Assembly (NCBI GenBank): GCA_977020255.1
Contig: CDROCS010000745.1
Span: 682,001-746,000 of the forward strand
Source of the DNA: Obrimoposthia wandeli
Taxonomy: Eukaryota
Direction of reading: 5' to 3'
DNA length: 64,000 bases
Under the pieces are notes generated by a model. It did not search any database, had not been told where the DNA came from, and worked only from the letters and a program-made list of their open reading frames with translations. The position numbers were made by a program, and so were the translations under genes. How positions within the stretch are numbered: position 1 is the first letter of the stretch; every line of letters begins with the position of its first letter. This document shows positions 56,700-64,000 of this stretch, in pieces.

Positions 56700-57770
56700 T
56701 TCACGAATTACAAAAGTTTTCAAAATAGATATTTAATATCAGAAAACAGATAGACAATAATGAAAACTGTGAATTCAGTATTAATTTTGGTATTATTTAT
56801 CGTAATGGGAAAATTTACATCCCTTTTGTCAGGTTTTGTTGGTCAATTGCACAAAGATTTATATCATGCTGGCACAAAGAAAGTGTTATGTCAGATTAAA
56901 AATAGTTTTTATATGAAAGATTTGGAAAATAGGACCAGAAGCATAGTTAAATTATGTACGATTTGTCAGAAAATAAAGACTTATACAGGACGTACAAAAG
57001 AAAAAGTTATAAAATTATCTGCCAATGAGCCATACGAAAGTTTTTATATAGATTTGTGTGGCCCATTTAAGACTACAGTCAAGGGAAAAACATATTTTGG
57101 CTATAATAGATCAATTTTCTAAATATATTGCATTTGAGTCAGTTCGAAATCAAGATGAAAATACTGTTATAAATATATTAGTAAATAAATGGATACCGAA
57201 GTTTGGTGATATGAAGAAAATTAACGTAGATAGGGAAAAGTGTTTTGAATCCAAATTATTGTTAGACCTGTTGAAGAAATGTAATTTTATAATCAATTAT
57301 TCAAGTCCATATGACCACCAAACCAATGGTCAAGTAGAACGTCAATTTAGAACTATTAAAGACTGGATTGCATGTTGTTTAGAAGAGAAGCTTTATAGAA
57401 ATTAGGAAGAGGCCCTACCGAATATTGAATATATATTGAACTCTACAATGCAATCGTCAATTAACCAGAGTCCTGCTGAAATTGCTTTTGGAAGAAAAAT
57501 AAATAAATGTTTATTCACAGACAGCAGTGATAGTAATAAAAATTGGAAAGATCACATGAAAGTAAAAAGCAATTTCAGAAATTTTGAAACAGATGATAAT
57601 GTTTTCGTAAAAACTGACATTAGAAATAAACAAGATATGAGATATGAAGTACCATGTAAAATCACAAAGAAATTACATCATAGAAGTTTTGAATTAACAG
57701 ATGAAAATGGATATACGAAAATAAGAAATATTGAATGGCTAAAACTTTTAAGGTGAGGGAGATGTTAGGT
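56700..57770 (+). pseudogene. Gypsy integrase pseudogene ending in PPT and LTR start
   Basis: HKDLYHAG..CTICQK; YIDLCGPF; GQVERQFRTI across three frames; AAGGTGAGGGAGA followed by TGTTAGG at 57763. Confidence 0.8.
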
Positions 57771-58113
57771 AAATAATTATAATTATAATCTCACAATAAA
57801 CTAATTAATTGAATGTTTGTACCTGTATGATTGCATAACTAATTGTCTTCAATTTATTGCACAACTATTTAAAAGAGCAACATAACGAGGACGGAAGATT
57901 TGCTGTTTAATACATTTTGAATTATTATACAGACTTAACAACTATTATTATTACTACTATTTAGGCTCATACAGGATTATAAGTTGCTAACAACCAATCA
58001 AACATGTTCAAAATATAGAAATTTAACGTATTTAATCTCTAAGTATCCTAGTGAATATCAGCAAGAAGGTTAATTTATTTAAGGTATCGGTGAAAATGGG
58101 AAGAATTTGAATT

Positions 58114-59140
58114 TTTGAGACTGAATTGTTTCCAGCACTCAGAATTTTAAAGTTTAATCCTCTATGTGTTAATGTATTTACTAGTGAAAAAGTGATTATT
58201 CATGGTATTAAAGATTTTGATTATCAGTGTCATGTTGAGTCTAATGTATTTTTTCTTGAAAAAATCTTATAAACAAATATATATTTTTATATTTGAAAAT
58301 ACTTCATTATACGACTGTTAATAATGTTTTAGTTAAACTAAAAATAGAATATCCTGCAATGAAAGTTTTACATGTGAAATATAGACATAAAAGTGTAAGA
58401 TTGAAATCGTTATTTATAAATTTGTTACAATATAAAAGTGATTTTGCTACAGCCGGATTTTATAAACATTATGAAGATTCAACCGATAAAGTAAAATGCA
58501 TATACTGTCAAGGTGCATTATCCGATTGGGAATGGTATCTGAAACCAATGAAACAACACATTGAAATTTTTTTCCTAAATTAAATGTTTAAAATGTACCA
58601 ATAATTGAAACTAGTGATATGAAAATTAATTTTGATACATCACCATTGATCGGAAAAGTATATGTAGTTGCTTTAAAATGTTTTGATGATAAAAGGAAAT
58701 GGGTTAGTGAGAATAAAAGACTTGCTTATGGTCATTTTAGTTTAACTTACTAATTTTTAAATAAAATATATAGTTTTATTGTTGTTATTTGACTTTTATA
58801 CTTATTGTATATTATCATTTATAAACATATTCATTCATTTATATATAGTTATAAAACTTTTGTGTTTAATAACTTTATTTATCATATAGGATTAATTTGA
58901 TTAGTTGAACAATTATATTGAAGTTAGCTTTTTATATAATCTAAACACTTTTGTTTTAAAATCATTTCATCATTATGGTATTAAGTACTTTAAACATGTT
59001 ATGTGCTCTTCGTATCAACCTAAAAGAAGACATTTTCAAACTATATACATCAAAATATTTTTCAATATATTATTCTCCGGAACTTTTCGAAGCAAGGACA
59101 GTAGAACTTTTTTATTACCAGCAAAGGAAAGTGTTTTTTT
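58114..59140 (+). pseudogene. Decayed DNA-virus/Polinton-like cluster: TBP-like repeat, BIR domain, family B polymerase C-terminus, second TBP-like fragment
   Basis: FETELFPALRILKFNPLCVNVFTSEKVIIHGIK (58114-58212); FATAGFY..DKVKCIYCQGALSDWE..PMKQH (~58430-58570); ALKCFDDKRKW..LAYGH (~58670-58735); YSPELFEA (59071). Confidence 0.55.
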
Positions 59141-59289
59141 TAAATGTAATATACATTTAATAGCTATGGAATATATTCAATATTGTATTACCATGAAACG
59201 CGATATTGTGATTACATTGTTGGGACCAGAGTTTAAATGTACTTCTTATGGAAGCCTCTGGTGCGTGAGTTCTTTAGAATGATAGGTCT

Positions 59290-61320
59290 TATGTCCACAT
59301 GGTAAAAAGTCAACTTATATTTTGTTGATCATGCAAACTGCACATTCCAGATCTTCCAGGATGTAATCTAGTTCATTTAAGTACTCTTTCTCCGGTGGTT
59401 CAATTGTACTGAAATTTTTATCTCGTAATAACTCAAAAATTGATCCGTATCCATTTCGTGTAGTTTTTATTTTTAATGCTACCAATTCTCTGAATCTGTC
59501 TTCTTCTTTTGGATATAATCTTTTCACGAATGACACTACTGGTGTGTCTTGTTGAGCCAAAATCTCTTTCCGTGTGATTTGGTATTCGATTATACATTCT
59601 GTTTTTGGTTCTTTTTAGTTCTTTTTGTTTTTAAAATTGCAAAACTCACAAAATTCGTGATGTAAACTTTTCTTAGTTAACTCAAGAGTATATCTATCAA
59701 TAATTCGTTCCTTTTTACACTTGTGGCATTTAATTACGTCTTTACTATTGTTTATCGACTCTTATTAATTTGTCAGACAGTAAAGGCCTTATTAATACAT
59801 ATTTAATTATTTTTTAATTAAGTATTGAAAAGTCATTACTGTTTGAGACTCCTTGGCAGTCAATGATGACAAAGATTTCAAAAATTTAAATTTAAAATGT
59901 TATCGATGGATCGATTGTTATAGAATAAAGTTTGCTGCCGAATTATGTTTTATTTTGTTTTTATGATTAAGATAAATGTGAAAAAACCATCCTTTGACCA
60001 AGTTGTTCGTCGCCTATTTAGATGTTCTTACCTGTCTCAATTTCCAATCTGAAGGTTCTGTTTTCAATCGGAGTTGTGGATATGTTCTGACTTAATTGCA
60101 AGGGTTAGTTCAAGACAACACTATCTAATGTAGGAAATCTTTATTTTCTAAACTCACACTTACTAGGTTCCTAAAAATTACAACAATTAGTCCTAAATAC
60201 GTATTTAAAATTCACACAATGGGGATGTCTTACGTATCGATTTTAATCGGCCTAATAATTTGATAAGTTCTATGTCCGGTGAGATTTGCTTAATTCACAC
60301 TCTTTTATCAACTTTAACACTGAAAAATATGGGACAAATTTAACTTTAATGTAAACTCTTTTCAATACAAAATATGGGACAATTTAACTTTAATGTAGAC
60401 TCTTTTCAATACAAAATATGGGACAATTTAACTTTAATGTAGACTCTTTTAATACAAAATCTTTTTCACCTTTATCGTTCCTTCTTGAATGACAGGAGTT
60501 TTCCGTCAAATAGTAATGGTAGTCCGGTCCTTGTTTCTCTTCTTCATCCTGGATAACTGGAATTAATGGTGCTGCGATCCAATAACTTAATCACCTCTTT
60601 CTCTTTATCCTGGACAACTCACTTTTCTGCAATTGAACACTTTCACAGATACTTCGAATTTTCTCGGTTGCTTTGTCGAGATGCTCAATTTATTTACGTG
60701 CTAATTTCTGCATTTGCAAACTATCTGTAGCCGTATTTATATTCGCTGACTGCAACGGGATAATCTATCACTGCTTACCTGTTTCTGCAAATGGAATGGG
60801 TTTAATTAAAAAACACTCAACTCTAATCGACTCGAAATGGAGAAACTCCCCAAGCCACTTAAGTCAATGTCTAGATTTACCTGACTAAGTGCTCCTACTC
60901 CTAAATTGCTGGCAAAGCTTGCTTGTTTCGCTGAGTGTAGTTCACTGCAGCAACAGATTTCTCCTTGTGATAATTAGTCTTCCCGTGTATCGCTACTCTC
61001 TTCCCGTTCTTGACTGTTGTTTTTTCTTTAGCCTTCTTGTTGTTGTTTATACTTTTCGCTAGTTCTATATTTTGTGGGGCTTCTTGATAGTTGTAATTTT
61101 TTTGGGCCCTTTTAATAGATTTAATATCCAATATATACTACACATCACACACCTGACCTCCTCAAGGTCCTAAGATACTTTTTTGATTTTATTATATTTT
61201 ATTTCCATTCTATTTTTAACCTTGCTTCTAAGGATTCATTTTGCTATATAATAAATAATTATTTTTGAAAATTATTAAATCCTAATCCTAACAAGTTCGT
61301 CGGGTTAACAATGAATAATC
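59290..61320 (-). mobile_element. Element C: deleted relative of element A (LTR 60129 to >=61320, short leader, BIR2-RING fragment)
   Basis: 59290-59745 is highly similar at DNA level to A 3474-3930. The LTR end matches 16491-16500, followed by TTAGA. It shares AAAATCGATACGT..CATCCCC and AATCCTT..AAGCAAGGTT motifs with A's LTR. Confidence 0.85.
60324..60458. repeat. 44-45-bp tandem repeat (3 copies) in element C LTR
   Basis: Unit AAAATATGGGACAATTTAACTTTAATGTAGACTCTTTTCAATAC. Confidence 0.9.
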
Positions 61321-61655
61321 TTTTCATATTTTAATTCTGCATAATATGCTGTCTTTATGTTTTCTACGTATTTCATTAAATGAGAAACTGTTATTTTTTA
61401 TACGTTAATAATTTTAAAAAAAAGTTTTTAATGCTTTTTTTAAATCATATTTTAAAAAAAAAATTAAAAGAACATTTTAACAGCCTTAAATATTATTTAG
61501 CATTTCTAACAATAAAAGTATTTCTTTAAAATTAAAATTTGAAAGACGATCTCTAATCCAGTATTTATTTTCATATGTAAACAATCGTTTATGTCAATCC
61601 CTTTTCAGCTTAAAAAAATTGAATAAAGTCAATAAACTTGTATTAAGCCTCTATC

Positions 61656-62912
61656 TTATTGTGAGTCGTCACATCTTTCATAGACATGTATGTAGCATCT
61701 ACATGAATATTCAATATTCTTGAACGATCTTATTGGTCCATTCTCGTCATCACTGATCCAGAACCATTGATCATAGATACGAATGTGGTTGTAGTAGTGT
61801 CCGCTGTGTGCCGACCGACCCATGTGGTTGATGACTGCTTGTAATCGGTACCAGACATGGCCGTCCTCTGTCTCCATGAAGACGTACTCCTCTAGCCTTA
61901 TGACGCTCTTGATTTTGCCAGCCTGCGTGACCCGACCTACCGATGCGACCAGGAATTCCGGGGCATTCTTTAATTTTATCGTACTTCGAGCGACTGTCTT
62001 CTTTTGACAATATTCACAGCTGTTTTCTTCGTTGACCGTCACGGAACTGTTCAGCATATCTTGAAAGGTTTCCTGAAAAGATAGCAACAGCATATTGGTG
62101 CTCATCAGATTCTCTTCTGCATTGTTGCTGCGATTGCATTCGTCACAGAAGAGCCTCATGTCATACTTAATCTCCAACTGTAGGCCACTGCAGTCGTCCC
62201 TCTTCATTTCCTCGTCCAGACGCTCCAGAAAGCCACCAACAAACTCCATCGTGTCTTCTTGTTCGCCGTACTCAAACTGATCGGAGAAATATTTCAGGAA
62301 ATCTAAATGCTCGATGAATTGGTAGGCTTTCACTTCAATATTATTCTCGTATGATAAGTGTAAATATTTGGTCAGTGCCAATGCATATTTTTTCTCATCT
62401 ATTAAGGTAATCATTTCCTCATCAATTTGTAAATTATTCAAAATAACAAATAGCGCTTGTAAAGAGGAATTAATATAGCAACTGACACCATTGCTGTTTC
62501 TTATACTAAGTATAAGTGAGAAATGTTCGCTATCTTCTTCTATGCATTCAATATTCGATACTACATTTCTTTCGACCTCTGAAGTTGTTTCCAATTTCGC
62601 AACAAAAACTAACGCTATCCGTCGTTTACAAATGTTTGTAGTTTCACAAAGTAGGTCTTCGTTTAATTTTCCTTTAAACCGATATTGAAATTTTGCTGAA
62701 ATAATTCTTGATCTGATCTTTTCTTTCTCATTTTTCATTGCGTCTTCAGTTTCGATTCGTCTTTCTGAAACTGTATCTAATTCTTTCATTTCTTTAACCT
62801 CCGAACTATTTTGAGATAACTTAATTATTTTCCTGTCAACAATATCACTATCATCGGTATCGATTGTTCGTTTGTTGATATTCGTATTTGTTTCTAATTG
62901 TTCAACAGCCAT
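61656..62912 (-). CDS. Intronless ubiquitin-specific protease (peptidase C19)
   Basis: Cys box IRNSNGVSCYINSSLQAL; EQEDTMEF; CDEC/CEYC zinc ribbon; His box YRLQAVINHMGRSAHSGHYY..WFWISDD. Confidence 0.92.
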   Translation of the reverse strand: MAVEQLETNTNINKRTIDTDDSDIVDRKIIKLSQNSSEVKEMKELDTVSERRIETEDAMKNEKEKIRSRIISAKFQYRFKGKLNEDLLCETTNICKRRIALVFVAKLETTSEVERNVVSNIECIEEDSEHFSLILSIRNSNGVSCYINSSLQALFVILNNLQIDEEMITLIDEKKYALALTKYLHLSYENNIEVKAYQFIEHLDFLKYFSDQFEYGEQEDTMEFVGGFLERLDEEMKRDDCSGLQLEIKYDMRLFCDECNRSNNAEENLMSTNMLLLSFQETFQDMLNSSVTVNEENSCEYCQKKTVARSTIKLKNAPEFLVASVGRVTQAGKIKSVIRLEEYVFMETEDGHVWYRLQAVINHMGRSAHSGHYYNHIRIYDQWFWISDDENGPIRSFKNIEYSCRCYIHVYERCDDSQ

Positions 62913-64000
62913 TTTTTTATTTTATGTTATTTAATTTTGAATACGTAAACAAATTTTTCATACACGAAAACTAACATTATTTTCACCAGCAAACTAGAAG
63001 TTAAGTCGTTTTGGGTAAAAATGAAGAAAAATAAAAATTATATTGATCTTAAATAAATTCAAATGCATTAAATTAATTTTTTTAAAAATACCAATCAAAA
63101 TAAAATGTGTATTTGTTCATACTTAAACAAAGAGATTAAAAATATTTTCTACATCCATTTTGTTAAATTGTACATTTCAATTACGTAAATTTTATCATAA
63201 ATTTAAAGTAGGTTCCTGTCGACTATAAAAGTTTAAATTTCGTTAATATTTCGAATTTAATAAACATTTATGATATGAAACAAACTTCAGAATTTTATTT
63301 AAAATGTATTTCAAGTAAAAATAATTTCTAAGAAAAGACATTGTTTTCTACATATAGATCTGAAACAATAAATATTTATAGTTAAATTTATTGGTATTTC
63401 TTATATCAATATAATTATTTCAACAGTAAAATAAAATATGAAACAAAAAGCACATCTTTATTTAGTTAATCAATATGCCCTAGTCACTTTCTTTTCATTA
63501 ATTTAAGAGGTTTTGCACAAGTTTCAGATACATTTTTTAAAAACTACTTGAAGTTCTATTTCTTTCAGTTGTAGCTTACATAACCGTTATGATGAGTTAA
63601 AGTAATAATAATATATTTAATATAGCGCTAATATCTGATAAATTTATAATTCCTAACTTAAAGTGCTTCCTGTTTTCCCTTTTTCTTTGTAATATTTTTG
63701 GGACAAAGACATCGCATATCCATTGTATATATAACATTGAGTCCTCCAACATTTAAATAGTGTGTATGTTCTGACTTTTTGTAGGATTGTATACCATGTT
63801 TAGGCGTTCAAGGTTCAACCTTCAAAGGTTAAAAGTTCAATCAATAAAAATAATCTTATTTTTTGTTTCAATTTAAAAATATTTGGGCACACAAAATGTT
63901 AAAGTACTTTAAATACTTGTGGATCATTTTGGTTAAATTTTTTGTACATAAAATAATTTACTTTGGAAATTTTTCCCTAAATTTTCCAAAACCTTTTTGA

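Overview
AT-rich eukaryotic (invertebrate-like, spliceosomal introns) genomic window dominated by mobile DNA. The first ~16.5 kb is the 3' part of a giant Ty3/Gypsy LTR retrotransposon (element A), comparable in scale to planarian Burro elements. Its coding region reads as one >4,200-aa polyprotein once three single-base homopolymer frameshifts are corrected. Order: Bcl-2-like BH2 end (cut by the window edge), chuvirus-type fusion glycoprotein, protease 1, BIR-BIR-RING (IAP), protease 2, RT, RNase H, integrase, 3 TIG/IPT-like repeats, an intact MKP-type phosphatase plus a dead paralog, then three signal-peptide/TM units and a dead third protease. Three RING-H2 genes lie in a probable ~3.7-kb LTR. 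Two deleted relatives follow: B (16.5-23.8 kb; integrase, FN3-like, DEDDh exonuclease, RING pseudogene) and C (59.3-61.3 kb, minus; LTR plus IAP fragment). Also present: two type I hammerhead ribozymes, a 7-exon TRPT1/Tpt1-like host gene with an extra La-like/winged-helix N-terminal domain, Polinton, Gypsy, mariner/Tc1, LINE and MITE remnants in its introns, a TBP-like/BIR/PolB remnant, and intronless zinc-finger and USP genes. All domain calls are by-eye motif recognition; no database searches were run.
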